64,000 nt of DNA from an uncultured archaeon (GTDB lineage Archaea > Asgardarchaeota > Lokiarchaeia > Sigyniarchaeales > SOKP01), in the NCBI GenBank assembly GCA_964388035.1, contig CAYLZE010000004.1:32001-96000 (forward strand), given 5' to 3'. Below the pieces are notes generated by a model. That model saw only the letters and a list, made by a program, of their open reading frames with translations, searched no databases and was not told the origin of the DNA. This document shows positions 39,494-50,167 of this stretch, piece after piece. How positions within the stretch are numbered: the stretch's first letter is position 1; each line of letters starts with the position of its first letter. The position numbers were made by a program, and so were the translations under genes.

Positions 39494-40618
39494 TTATGCC
39501 GCTTGTCCCGCTTTTTGCCAAAATCTCATGGAAGAAACGACTTCTTCTTCTCCGATAAATCCCAATAGCTCATTATCGCTCTTTTCTCTAACAACCACAA
39601 TATGGGGTTCATTATGTATATTACTCATTGCTATCATCACTTCTTTCCCCGTCTCCCCTTCGTTGACCGTTGGAAAATCTGCGATTTTTCTCATCTTATA
39701 ACCTGCAATCGTTAGTGCTCTTTCCTCAACAGACATTTTTTTAATGTCATTTGCATCCAATATACCAACCACTGTCCCTGCTCTTGTTACTGGAAAGTAT
39801 TCTTTATTATAGGGCACGAAGTACCTTCTTATCGCATCACTAATCGTCATTTCAAAAGGAATGGTTAATTCACCATGATTTATCATTTCTTTCACGTGAA
39901 TCCTGGAAAGAGTCATTTGACTCATCATATCCGTGTAGGAACTTCTGGCAGAACTGTTTAAAAAAATTCCTATTAATATTAACCAAAATCCAGTCAAGGT
40001 TCCAAGAAAGAAAATTTCAAACACACCGAATATCATGAATCCATATCCAAATACTCTTCCTATTTTTGAAGCTGTTTTTGTTGCAGTCATCATGTCTTTT
40101 GTCCTGCTCCAGAGGATTGCTCTTAATAATCGGCCCCCATCCATTGGAAATGCGGGAATTAGATTAAATAAACCCAAACCTACATTTGTTATACCCGAAT
40201 ACAAGCAGGTGACAGTTAATATTGACGATAAAGTTGAGGGGATAAATAAGTAACCACCTAAAAATGCGGCTCCTATTATTATACTTGAAAGCGGTCCGAC
40301 GAATGCAATAACGGCCTCTTCTTTAGGAGTTTTGGGCTCATCTTCGATCTTTGAAACACCACCAAAAATATACAACTCGATTTCTGAAACTCGAATTCCG
40401 TATCTCATGGCAAATAACGAATGGGTTAACTCATGGGCCAATATGCTAAACAGAATGATAATGCCATTAATTAGCCCCAAAATAACTGCATCAACGATGG
40501 ACGCTGTAGGAACAATGCTCAAATAAAAAAAACCAGCATAAAATCCTACTAACCCCACGATTATTATGGTAGAATAGTGTACTTTTATTGCTATGCCTTT
40601 TATAGTCCCAATTTGCAT
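39494..40618 (-). CDS. Site-2 (M50) intramembrane metalloprotease with CBS domains
   Basis: HELTH, FNLIPAFPMDGGR, C-terminal CBS pair. Confidence 0.93.
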   Translation of the reverse strand: MQIGTIKGIAIKVHYSTIIIVGLVGFYAGFFYLSIVPTASIVDAVILGLINGIIILFSILAHELTHSLFAMRYGIRVSEIELYIFGGVSKIEDEPKTPKEEAVIAFVGPLSSIIIGAAFLGGYLFIPSTLSSILTVTCLYSGITNVGLGLFNLIPAFPMDGGRLLRAILWSRTKDMMTATKTASKIGRVFGYGFMIFGVFEIFFLGTLTGFWLILIGIFLNSSARSSYTDMMSQMTLSRIHVKEMINHGELTIPFEMTISDAIRRYFVPYNKEYFPVTRAGTVVGILDANDIKKMSVEERALTIAGYKMRKIADFPTVNEGETGKEVMIAMSNIHNEPHIVVVREKSDNELLGFIGEEEVVSSMRFWQKAGQAA

Positions 40619-40992
40619 TTTAAATCATCTTTTTTTTTATAATATCAATCTATTTGTGCTATTTTTATAGATTTCTAATAAATACAATAAATTCAGATAT
40701 ATATTACTTCCACTTATAAATCTGAAATAAAAGTTGGAAAAATTTAACTTTTTGAAATTAATTCTTCTCATTTTTTATTAAAAAAAAATAGGATCTCGCT
40801 CTCAAAAAATAAGGTTTTTAATTTTTGATTTAATCTTTTATGAAACCGAATATCTACATTGCAAAATACCATGTAGAATTTTGAACAAAAAAAGTCAAAT
40901 ATTAAAAATTTTTCGTGATTTAATTAACATGTGGAAAATTATCTACAATAAAAAACAAATAAAATTCAATTAAAATAAGGTGAAAATGTAAG

Positions 40993-42168
40993 ATGGTAGA
41001 TATTAAAAATGTGTTAGTATTAGGCGCAGGATTAATGGGCTCGGGAATTGCTCAAGTTTCCATGATGGCTGGCTATAATGTCACCCTGGTGGATGTAGAA
41101 CAACGGTTTGTCGATAAGGGTGTTAAAGGTATCGAAGAGGGAGTTAAAAAACTAGAAGCGAAAGGACAATTAAATGCCGCAGAAGTGCTGGGAAAATTAA
41201 AAACCTCCATTGATTTAGCTTCTGCTGTAAAAAATGTTGATATCGTGATTGAAGCAGTCATCGAAAAAATGGAAGTTAAAAAACAGGTGTGCAAAACGGT
41301 AATGGCGAACGGACCTTCTCACGTCATTTTCGCATCCAATACCTCCACGATGAGCATCACGGAAATCGGAAAGGATTCGGGCGCTCCCGAACGCGCGTGC
41401 GGAATGCACTTTTTCAACCCCGTACCTTTAATGCGATGCATTGAAGTGATTAGAGGAGCCTCCACGTCGGATTCAACATTTGAAATTGCAATGAAAGTGG
41501 CAGAATCCTTACCCTGCTTGCGTGGAAAGAGATACATTGCCCCTGTTTTAAAAGATAGACCGGGATTCATTGTAAATAGAATGAATGCTCCCGTTCAAAT
41601 CTATATGGGTTGGGTTTTCGACCAAGCAAGAGAAAAGCAAATTCCCTGGGAAAGAATTGATGCCGACGCTGGAGGAAAGATGCCCATGGGTCCGTGTTTA
41701 TTGGCAGATTATGTTGGATTGGATACCATGGTACATGTCATGAACTATTATAAAGAAACTCTTTCTTCTGATTTCGAGCCTCCAAAAATAGTTAAAGATT
41801 TAGTCGCAGCGGGAAATTTGGGTGCCAAGACAGGAAAGGGATTTTATGATTGGAGCAAGGGAAGAGAAGCTATAGTTGAAAAAACTAAAAAAGCAGAACC
41901 TGCGGGCATGTTTGATTTAGTGAATACCATGGCAATTCTGTTGAACGAAGGATGCAGAATATTAGAAGAAGGCGTAGCATCTGGATTTAAGATTATTGAC
42001 GATGCTAACATGGCCGGTATGAATACTCCAGGACCCTTTGGTGCTGGAAAGAATAATTGGCAAGAATGGTCTAAATTACTCGAAGATTTAGCTAAGAAAA
42101 CGGGAAAAAGTTATTTAAAACCCTGTGATCTCATGAAATCTGGTAAATTCACGGAAATGCGAAAATAA
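40993..42168 (+). CDS. 3-hydroxyacyl-CoA dehydrogenase
   Basis: GAGLMGSGIA, IEAVIE, SNTST, GMHFFNP, PGFIVNR, LGAKTGKGFY, duplicated C-domain. Confidence 0.95.
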   Translation: MVDIKNVLVLGAGLMGSGIAQVSMMAGYNVTLVDVEQRFVDKGVKGIEEGVKKLEAKGQLNAAEVLGKLKTSIDLASAVKNVDIVIEAVIEKMEVKKQVCKTVMANGPSHVIFASNTSTMSITEIGKDSGAPERACGMHFFNPVPLMRCIEVIRGASTSDSTFEIAMKVAESLPCLRGKRYIAPVLKDRPGFIVNRMNAPVQIYMGWVFDQAREKQIPWERIDADAGGKMPMGPCLLADYVGLDTMVHVMNYYKETLSSDFEPPKIVKDLVAAGNLGAKTGKGFYDWSKGREAIVEKTKKAEPAGMFDLVNTMAILLNEGCRILEEGVASGFKIIDDANMAGMNTPGPFGAGKNNWQEWSKLLEDLAKKTGKSYLKPCDLMKSGKFTEMRK

Positions 42169-42241
42169 GACAAATTCATAATCATTTTATTTTTTCTTTT
42201 TTTAGTAGTTGTTATTTATTCTTTTTTCTTTAGAAATAGTT

Positions 42242-43177
42242 TTAAGTGAATATGGTCTGCAGATTTATTTCAAATTCTCCCAATTCTTCTTCAATAATGT
42301 TTTTATTCGATGTAGGCATGAAAAGTTTCAAAAATAATAAATTTTCTCCAATTTTAAATTGTTTTAAAAATTCAGTTCGATCATTGACATCAAAAATACG
42401 TTCCGAAAAGGTAATGTTCTTTTCCATTAATTTTTGTATTAGAATTAGATCTTCATTTACTTTCTGTCGTATTAACCCATCAAATTGGTCTGATTCTATC
42501 GGATCACTATAATATTCAGAGAGAATTAACCCATCAGAATTATAAAGCACGCCATAAATCCCTCTCAATTTCCTTATAATTGTCTCAATATAGATGTTTA
42601 AAAAATCCACATTGATGTATTTTTGTAGCGAATACGATAAGGCTTTAGAAATCGAACCGATGTCGAAATATGATGTTTTTATGAATTTGAATTTAAAATT
42701 AGTATTCCTTAAAGTCAATTTCGTTATAAAATCAGAATTTTCTCTAATATTCTTTTCATGTTGAATTTTAGGATCGAATTTATTTAAACAAATTATGACT
42801 TCTTCTGAATACGGTAACTTTTCATAAATCTTTAATAATTCCTCCAAGTAATTTACTGATAGCTCTATTCTGCTTTTGTCTTGAACATCTATAAAATAGT
42901 ATAGAAATTTTGTATCCTCAAAAACGATGGGATCTCTCAAATAATTCTCTCTGTACATCTCTTGTCCACCCATGTCCCAGAACCTAATCTCCCATTTATT
43001 TAAAAAGTTTAAGGAGCTATAATTAATTTTTATTGTGGGCTTAATCGCACGAACTTGTTCAAAAAAATCATACTTTTTTGCTAAAGCGGTCAGAAAACTC
43101 GTTTTACCTGCGTTATCTAACCCAGCAACTACAATTTTAAGAATTTCTAATTTATGAGCTGTATTACTATTAGCCAA
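42242..43177 (-). CDS. Arf/Rag-like small GTPase fused to a C-terminal roadblock-like domain
   Basis: GLDNAGKT, PT, WDMGGQ, NKFD, TS; C-terminal IYGVLYNSDGLILSEY pattern. Confidence 0.85.
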   Translation of the reverse strand: MANSNTAHKLEILKIVVAGLDNAGKTSFLTALAKKYDFFEQVRAIKPTIKINYSSLNFLNKWEIRFWDMGGQEMYRENYLRDPIVFEDTKFLYYFIDVQDKSRIELSVNYLEELLKIYEKLPYSEEVIICLNKFDPKIQHEKNIRENSDFITKLTLRNTNFKFKFIKTSYFDIGSISKALSYSLQKYINVDFLNIYIETIIRKLRGIYGVLYNSDGLILSEYYSDPIESDQFDGLIRQKVNEDLILIQKLMEKNITFSERIFDVNDRTEFLKQFKIGENLLFLKLFMPTSNKNIIEEELGEFEINLQTIFT

Positions 43178-43220
43178 ACTGTTTTCCTCTGATAAATTAA
43201 TCTCAACTTTCTTGCTTAAA

Positions 43221-43279
43221 TAATTTAAGAATTACTATTTATTTTTTATCAAAAGCTAAATTGAACACCAACTTTTAAA
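43221..43279 (+). repeat. 59-bp imperfect direct repeat, copy 1
   Basis: 50/59 ungapped identity to 44272-44330; core AAAAGCTAAATTGAA exact. Confidence 0.8.
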
Positions 43280-43417
43280 TAACTTATCATTTCTCTCCTT
43301 ATAGAATTATTATTAGATGGTTCAGATAAAGCAAGGCAGAATGCCACATTCACTCTCGAAAATAGGATTAGATTCCTAACCTCTAGTTTTCTTTAAAGAT
43401 ACTATAGAAGTTAAAGC

Positions 43418-43939
43418 TTAAGAAACTGCGTCCGAAATTTTAATAGTTAAATCTGTTTCTCCTTCTAACTCCGCCCTAAAGAAGAATCTATTGGATACCT
43501 TATTATAAATGATAACGCTCTTATATTGCAAGGGATCTATTGTCTTTGGGATGATTAATGAAAAATCTCCCCTATATTGAGATAATTCACCTATTTCCAC
43601 GATATTCCCCGGATCATCCGTTGATCTTATAAGGTTCTCTTGATCAGAAAGGTATATATATTCATTATTTAAATGTCCCATTTGAATATCAATATAAATA
43701 TCGATGAAATAAAGATAGTATTTCCCATCAGTGGCTTGTACTAAATTTACCGTGCCATGATATGTACGGGAACTATCAGCAGTACTTTTTAAACTCCCAC
43801 TAGCTAAAACGGTGGCATTAGGATCAAACTCTTCTTCAGAAGGATTTATTTGAGCAAAAACTACGGCGCCTATAATAACAACCGCAAAAATAACGACAAG
43901 GATGATTGTCACCCATTTCCAACTTTTTTTAAAATTCAT
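43418..43939 (-). CDS. DM13-like domain protein with N-terminal anchor/signal helix
   Basis: N-terminal TM; LASGSL, GTVNLV, YIYLS, IGEL..YRGDFSLIIP..IDP.QYKSVIIY pattern (DM13 Cys absent). Confidence 0.65.
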   Translation of the reverse strand: MNFKKSWKWVTIILVVIFAVVIIGAVVFAQINPSEEEFDPNATVLASGSLKSTADSSRTYHGTVNLVQATDGKYYLYFIDIYIDIQMGHLNNEYIYLSDQENLIRSTDDPGNIVEIGELSQYRGDFSLIIPKTIDPLQYKSVIIYNKVSNRFFFRAELEGETDLTIKISDAVS

Positions 43940-44271
43940 TTAAATAACACCTCTATAAGGGATATTGAATTTCTTAATTTTAGAATTGAATAGTTTATAT
44001 ACAAACCAAAAATAAGAAAGTTATGAATATAAATCTTTTTTTAGCCCCAAGATCACGCATTTTCCCAATTGTGGAAAATTGAAAAACCCGCCAATATTTT
44101 TCGCATTCTTGGGTTTGAGAGAATTCAAATTACACGTACAAAATAAAAAAATAATCATGAATGTACACAAAAAACATGCTAAGATCTATAATAATTAAGA
44201 ACTTATTAGAATAATTGAACTATTCTCCGTATTTGTAGATTATAAATTCAGAATTTATATTGGTTTAAAGA

Positions 44272-44330
44272 TAATTTAAGAATCATTATTTATCTCTTAT
44301 TAAAAGCTAAATTGAAACGCAATTTTTAAA
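44272..44330 (+). repeat. 59-bp imperfect direct repeat, copy 2 (includes TATA-like element of the HEAT gene)
   Basis: See copy 1; ends in CGCAATTTTTAAA about 45 bp before the 44375 start. Confidence 0.8.
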
Positions 44331-44374
44331 AAAATCATGCAAAAATGTATTAAAAAAGCATCCTTTTTTATAAC

Positions 44375-47215
44375 TTGGTTCTTGTGGTATCTGAAGAATT
44401 ATTAAAGAAATTAGAAGATAAAACGCTCTCTATTAAACTAAATGCACTTTCAGAATTAAAAAACCTCGCAAAAAAAGGGGAAAATATTAAAGATGCTCTA
44501 AATGTTCTAAATGAACTTCTACTTTCTAAAAGATCGGAAATCTGGCAAGAAATCGGGAAGATAATGAAATATTATTATCAATATTTTGTTAGTTTCTATT
44601 GTCGAAATTATAATAATTTTCCCCAAGCGATGGAGGAATTATTATCATCACGGCAAGATATTAGGAAAAAAGCGGCTCAATTTTTAACCACTTTCATGCT
44701 TCTTTCTGAACCTCGTCGGTGGAACTTAATAAATGAAAAACGAATTTCACAGTTAACGAAAGAATTAGAAAGTAACCAAATTGAAAACATTTTGAAAGTC
44801 ACGGCAGAAATAAGTGATTTAGCTAAGGAGTACCACGATATTACCCCATTTACTAAATATCTTGAAGAGGGTTTGGCTAATGCAAATGAACAAGTAAGAT
44901 GGAACTGTGCCAATGCATTGGGCTATTATATAAGCAATTATATCAAGAACTCCACTCATGATTATACCTACGTGCTAAAAAATATAAGAAATTCGAATCA
45001 GGAGGAAAAATTATCTTTCCTTGATTTTTTAGGTTCTTCGACTGCTCATGATTTAGTAAGTGATCGAGATGAAAGAGATATTTCTCACGCTCTACCATTA
45101 GTTGGCATTTTATTATTTGATAAAAACATGCAAGTTAGAGAAGAAGCCATAAAGGTTCTTCTTGCTGCAACCAATGAACATTCTCTCGAAATATTAACAC
45201 CCGTTTTAGTAAAAGTTCTTCTAGATATAAAGATGTCGAACATTCATGAGCCTACAGCGAGCATATTCAAGGATTTGATTCGAAATGGATTGGATATCTC
45301 ACCATTTTTAGACAAAATATTGGAAATATTCACGATAGATAATAATGAAGACTTAAAATTAGAATTGATTCTTATTTTGCGAAAAGCAGTAGAAGAAGAG
45401 TTAGATGTTACAAAATCTATTCCGATGATTACGAATTTACTTGATGATAGAAACGAAAAGATTAAGTTTGGTGCAGCTGACACCCTAAGCTACTTTTATG
45501 CAAGAACGGCACGCTGGAAAGATTTAGAATCTTTATTACAGCATGAGGATAAGGACGTCCGTCAAGAAGCGGCAGGCACTTTAAAAGTTGTGAAAAAAGA
45601 ATATGATTTAACCCCCATCATTTCTAAATTAATGCTTCTCTTGAAAGATCAGGAAAAAGAAGTGCGATTCATAGCAGCAAGAACTCTACTAAATAAATTC
45701 AAAGTAATTGAGGATATCACTTCAGCTATTCCTCTTATGGCGAAATTTACTTCTGATTCAGATCCTAACCTCGTGAATAATGCCTTTATTGTCCTGAGCA
45801 ACTGGATACGAGATAATATCACCTGCAAATCGCCAATTCCCCGGGTAAAATGGCATCATGTTCAACCCTTTATTCATGTAATGGAAAATCGAAAAATGAA
45901 TCAATCACGGAATATTAAAAAAGCCATTATTGAAAGTCTCGCTCAATACTACGTGCATGTAAAACAATTTGATAAAATTAAAGTATTATTAAAAAAGGCA
46001 AGCAATCAAGAAAAAAAAGATATAATGTATCGGTTAACAACTTGCGGTTATTTTACATGCGAGGTGGATGTTTCTCCTATGATTCCTGAGCTCTTAGAAT
46101 TATTCTTTAATCATAAAAACTTGGAAGTTAAAAATTATTCCTTGAGAATCATTGAAGATATTTTAACTCCAAAGACTGCAAGAGAAACGTTAAAAGTAAT
46201 TCAAAAGTATTCCATCAATAGCAGATGGGATTTAGAGAAAAAATTGAGACATTTTATTAAAAGAGAGGACATTCAAGCACTTTCAAAGGATTTTATTGTG
46301 GAGAAAAAAGAGCAATTATTCGATCATTACTTGCCTTTATTATCAGACGAAGATAGTATTATCCGAGAATGGGCTACCGACGAATTGTGGAACTTTATAT
46401 ATAATAAGGGAGATTATTTTCTTCCCGCTATACCCATTTTAATTGAAAATTTAAAGGATAAAGATGTGTATGTTCGTCATATTACCACATTATTGATGAG
46501 TGAAGTTGTGAAGCATTATAATGTTCCGCAAATCATTCCTGTTCTTACAGAGTTATTATTGGATGATTCAGATAAAGTGAGACAAAATGCTGCATTCACC
46601 CTTGACAACATGATTAGATCAGGATATGATATTAAAGAAACCATTCCGAATTTATTAAAAAATGTGAGCCATTCCAGTAAAGAAGTCCGTTATTTCGCAG
46701 TAAATACCCCAATAAGGTATGTCCAAGATAAAAAATCCGCTTTACTTGTATTAGAGCAATTGAATCTTTTAAACCTGAATAAGAAGGATGAGGAAATTAA
46801 AAAAATAATGGAATCGTGTGTTAAATTTCTGAACGAAATTAATACTTCTCTTGAAAAATTAATAAGGCGAAAATCGGGAACAGAATCCCCTTCAATACCT
46901 CAAAAATTTGCTTATTTAATTCAGCTCTGGAATGAAAATTGGGGCTCTTCGTTAAGTAATCGGTTAATTGACATGTTAATTGAAACTATTTTTCAAAGTC
47001 GAGCTATTAAAGCTTGGAATGAAAGCCTTACTATATTTTTTGTTGAAGCAGAGAGGATTATAAGCGCTCAACTTAAAGATCCAACCATACACCCTGCCTT
47101 AAGCTTAAATGTTACTAATGCCAATTTATTAAAAATTCAAAAAATACTAAAAGATTCAGTAGAGTATGCAGAGCAAGAAGAATGGGATTCTATTTTCGAT
47201 TTTAACGATTTATAA
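44375..47215 (+). CDS. HEAT-repeat alpha-solenoid protein (946 aa)
   Basis: Many LL.D.D..VR..AA..L repeats (e.g. LLQHEDKDVRQEAAGTL, LLLDDSDKVRQNAAFTL). Confidence 0.9.
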   Translation: MVLVVSEELLKKLEDKTLSIKLNALSELKNLAKKGENIKDALNVLNELLLSKRSEIWQEIGKIMKYYYQYFVSFYCRNYNNFPQAMEELLSSRQDIRKKAAQFLTTFMLLSEPRRWNLINEKRISQLTKELESNQIENILKVTAEISDLAKEYHDITPFTKYLEEGLANANEQVRWNCANALGYYISNYIKNSTHDYTYVLKNIRNSNQEEKLSFLDFLGSSTAHDLVSDRDERDISHALPLVGILLFDKNMQVREEAIKVLLAATNEHSLEILTPVLVKVLLDIKMSNIHEPTASIFKDLIRNGLDISPFLDKILEIFTIDNNEDLKLELILILRKAVEEELDVTKSIPMITNLLDDRNEKIKFGAADTLSYFYARTARWKDLESLLQHEDKDVRQEAAGTLKVVKKEYDLTPIISKLMLLLKDQEKEVRFIAARTLLNKFKVIEDITSAIPLMAKFTSDSDPNLVNNAFIVLSNWIRDNITCKSPIPRVKWHHVQPFIHVMENRKMNQSRNIKKAIIESLAQYYVHVKQFDKIKVLLKKASNQEKKDIMYRLTTCGYFTCEVDVSPMIPELLELFFNHKNLEVKNYSLRIIEDILTPKTARETLKVIQKYSINSRWDLEKKLRHFIKREDIQALSKDFIVEKKEQLFDHYLPLLSDEDSIIREWATDELWNFIYNKGDYFLPAIPILIENLKDKDVYVRHITTLLMSEVVKHYNVPQIIPVLTELLLDDSDKVRQNAAFTLDNMIRSGYDIKETIPNLLKNVSHSSKEVRYFAVNTPIRYVQDKKSALLVLEQLNLLNLNKKDEEIKKIMESCVKFLNEINTSLEKLIRRKSGTESPSIPQKFAYLIQLWNENWGSSLSNRLIDMLIETIFQSRAIKAWNESLTIFFVEAERIISAQLKDPTIHPALSLNVTNANLLKIQKILKDSVEYAEQEEWDSIFDFNDL

Positions 47216-47447
47216 TGATTTTACTACATTTTCATTTTAATTTCGTGTGAACTTTTCAATTAATCTAATTAGTACCAAGAAATTATTTTGAAAACGATTC
47301 TTCAAAAAAATAAAATTTTTGTAAATTTTTAATTAAAACAATCCCTATACTACTCATTGCTTTTATAAATATTGTCTGGGTATTTCCATTCTAAAATTGA
47401 ACGGAGATTTCCAGATCATCTAATTGAATGAAAAAGAGGTTATAAAA

Positions 47448-48296
47448 ATGTCTGAAGGAAAAAAATATGAACATATTAAAATAGAGTGGCCGAATACTAA
47501 GGAAGGGGGTACGATCGATGGAAATTATGCAGTGATTTCCTTGAATCGACCCGATAAATTAAATGCATTACAGGTACAGACCGTTAAGGAGGTATATGAA
47601 GCTTTAGAATCCATGGAAATTGACCCCGAGATTCGATGTGTCGTTTTACGTGGTACTAAAGATTTCACGAAAAAACCGGCATTCTCATCAGGTGCTGATT
47701 TAGCAGCCCCCATGGCTCCAGAATTGAAAATGAACATTCCCATCCACATGACTCATGCCATGTACATGAGGCACAAATATTATGATCTAATTGAAGAATT
47801 TCCCAAACCATTAATCGCTGCGGTGGATGGTTATGCCTTTGGAGGAGGATGTGAATTATCCCTGGTTTGTGATCTTGTCATCGCTAGTGAACGCTCAGAA
47901 TTTGGATTCCCCGAAATTGAACGCGGCATTTTTCCCGCAAATGGTGGCACTCAAAGAATGGCTCGCCATATTGGGCTTGCTAGGACCATGAAAATGCTTT
48001 ATTTTGGGCAAAGAGAGTCAGCAAAAACCATGTTTGATTGGGGGTATGTATCTTTTCTCGTAGAAGATGAAAAATTTGAAAATGTTGTGCATGAAAAAGC
48101 CAAGTGGTTAGGAAATGCAGCTACTACTTCATTAATGGTAATAAAGCGGGCTGCTAAATTCGGAACGCAAGTACCTTTAAAGATTGGATTACAATTTGAA
48201 CAACTTGGATTCGGAGTAAATAGTGCCTCGAGTGATGTTAAGGAAGGAATTAATGCATTCTTAAGAAGAAAAGAGCCAAACTTCAAGGGAGTTTAA
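47448..48296 (+). CDS. Enoyl-CoA hydratase/isomerase
   Basis: LNRPDKLNAL, FSSGADL, GGGCEL, FPEIERGIFPANGGTQR; ATG 47448 follows a GAGGT SD. Confidence 0.95.
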   Translation: MSEGKKYEHIKIEWPNTKEGGTIDGNYAVISLNRPDKLNALQVQTVKEVYEALESMEIDPEIRCVVLRGTKDFTKKPAFSSGADLAAPMAPELKMNIPIHMTHAMYMRHKYYDLIEEFPKPLIAAVDGYAFGGGCELSLVCDLVIASERSEFGFPEIERGIFPANGGTQRMARHIGLARTMKMLYFGQRESAKTMFDWGYVSFLVEDEKFENVVHEKAKWLGNAATTSLMVIKRAAKFGTQVPLKIGLQFEQLGFGVNSASSDVKEGINAFLRRKEPNFKGV

Positions 48297-48352
48297 AACC
48301 TTAAAATTTTTACTTTTATTTTCTTTATATTATTTTATTTTTTAAATATTAA

Positions 48353-48958
48353 ATGCAATTCCTTTATATCTCAAGATTTAAATTAATGCCCTTGTTAGCA
48401 ATGTCCCCATATCCTGAAATAATTGAAGAAATCAATTTGAATGAAATTTATCTTAGAAAAATCTCTAAGAAGGATGGTCCTTTCTTTTATAAGAGTTTGC
48501 GCGATAAGAATGTGATTACTTTTCTTTCTCTTGGTCCACTCCTGTCTAAGAGGCATTCTAAAGAGCTTGTAAGTGAATATTTGAAATCTTGGGAGAAGAA
48601 CCTGCAATATAACTATATTATTGAATTACGAGACAATTTAATTAATAAAATTGGCTCTGCTAGCCTATGGAATGTTATTTGGCATCATAAAAGAGCGGAA
48701 ATAGGGATATGGCTTATCCCTGAATATTGGAATCAAGGATATGGTAAAAAAGCGCTCAACTTGATTAAATTAATAGGATTTAATCATTTAAATTTAAACC
48801 GTTTAGAAGCACACGTGGCAACCGAGAATTTATATTCTCTTTCTTTATTTAAAAGTTCTGGCTTTCAGGAAGAAGGAAGATTAAAACAATTTTTAAATTT
48901 GAGAGGTAAATTCCACGATGTATTTATTTTAGCTGCTTTAAATGAGACTTCACGTTAA
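48353..48958 (+). CDS. GNAT N-acetyltransferase (RimJ/RimL-like)
   Basis: AEIGIWL.PEYWNQGYG, N..S..LF...GFQEEG. Confidence 0.9.
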   Translation: MQFLYISRFKLMPLLAMSPYPEIIEEINLNEIYLRKISKKDGPFFYKSLRDKNVITFLSLGPLLSKRHSKELVSEYLKSWEKNLQYNYIIELRDNLINKIGSASLWNVIWHHKRAEIGIWLIPEYWNQGYGKKALNLIKLIGFNHLNLNRLEAHVATENLYSLSLFKSSGFQEEGRLKQFLNLRGKFHDVFILAALNETSR

Positions 48959-49001
48959 AAAACACATACTTCTTAATCTTTTTTTAATTATTTCTCATAA
49001 C

Positions 49002-49985
49002 ATGGATGGATCACTAATTACAATTAAATCCCAAAAAGTAAATGAGTATTTGCATCACGTGGATCTTAAAGCTTATGGCGCCCCAAGAATTCTTTCAGTA
49101 TACATTGCAGAATTCGATGATGCAACCCTTTTATTTGACTCTGGTTCTTCCTTGGACACTAAAAAACTGGTGAAATACTTAAAGAAAAAAGAAATTGAGT
49201 TATCCACCATTAAATACATAATGACAAGTCATGGCCATTTTGATCACAATGGCGGTTTATGGCAACTGAATGAAATTTTAAAGAAAGATAATCGTGATTT
49301 TAAAATCCTTACAACCGAAAAGACTAAAGAACTCTTGAATAATTTCGAATATCATTTAAATCGTGCGAAGCGTACGTATGGTAATTTTGTGGGAATAATG
49401 AAGACCATAGAAGAAAATGCATTTAAAATAATAACTCCAAGCGAAGATCCTCACCACCTTGAAATCCTTGACACCTTTCACGTGAATGATAGTGAGGTGA
49501 ATCTTGCTATATTGAGCACACCCGGACACACTCCCGACCATCAATGCCCACTCCTTATCAAGAATGGAAAAGTCGAATTCATGTTTTTCGGAGAAGCAGT
49601 AGGAACTATTTATCACTCCTCTAAATTGGTAACCATGCCCACTTCTATGCCCGTGCTATATAACCATTCCAGTTACATGGCATCCCTTCAAAAAATAAAG
49701 CAATTAATACCTGAAAGGGGGGGATTTAGCCATTTTGGATTAGTGAATGGTCGAGAGAATGTGAAGAAAATAATCGATGAAAATGAATTCTTTACGGAAG
49801 AATTTCGGACCAAGATCATTCAATATTATAATGAAAAGCCCGAAACACGATACGTGGTGGAAAAGATTACGCCGTTATTAATGTCAAGAACTGATTTAAC
49901 CACTGAACATAACCCTACTTTCAATGGCATTATCTTGGGAATAGTATATGGGATGATGATGGACTTAGGATATAGAAAAGATTAA
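49002..49985 (+). CDS. Metallo-beta-lactamase-fold hydrolase
   Basis: SHGHFDHNGG, TPGHTPDH, FSHFG; ATG 49002 preferred to the overlapping 48942. Confidence 0.9.
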   Translation: MDGSLITIKSQKVNEYLHHVDLKAYGAPRILSVYIAEFDDATLLFDSGSSLDTKKLVKYLKKKEIELSTIKYIMTSHGHFDHNGGLWQLNEILKKDNRDFKILTTEKTKELLNNFEYHLNRAKRTYGNFVGIMKTIEENAFKIITPSEDPHHLEILDTFHVNDSEVNLAILSTPGHTPDHQCPLLIKNGKVEFMFFGEAVGTIYHSSKLVTMPTSMPVLYNHSSYMASLQKIKQLIPERGGFSHFGLVNGRENVKKIIDENEFFTEEFRTKIIQYYNEKPETRYVVEKITPLLMSRTDLTTEHNPTFNGIILGIVYGMMMDLGYRKD

Positions 49986-50167
49986 AATAATTGGAAATAC
50001 CTGAATTCTCCTTTGCTAGTTAAATATTTTTTGCCTCTATTCCTCTTCTCCTCTCCTTCTTAAGCAAAAAATCGAAGATGATTTTTTTACATCTCACCAA
50101 ACTAAAATTGATAATTAATAAACAATTCTTCTTAACGAATTACTAAATAATCTCATTAAATACTGGA

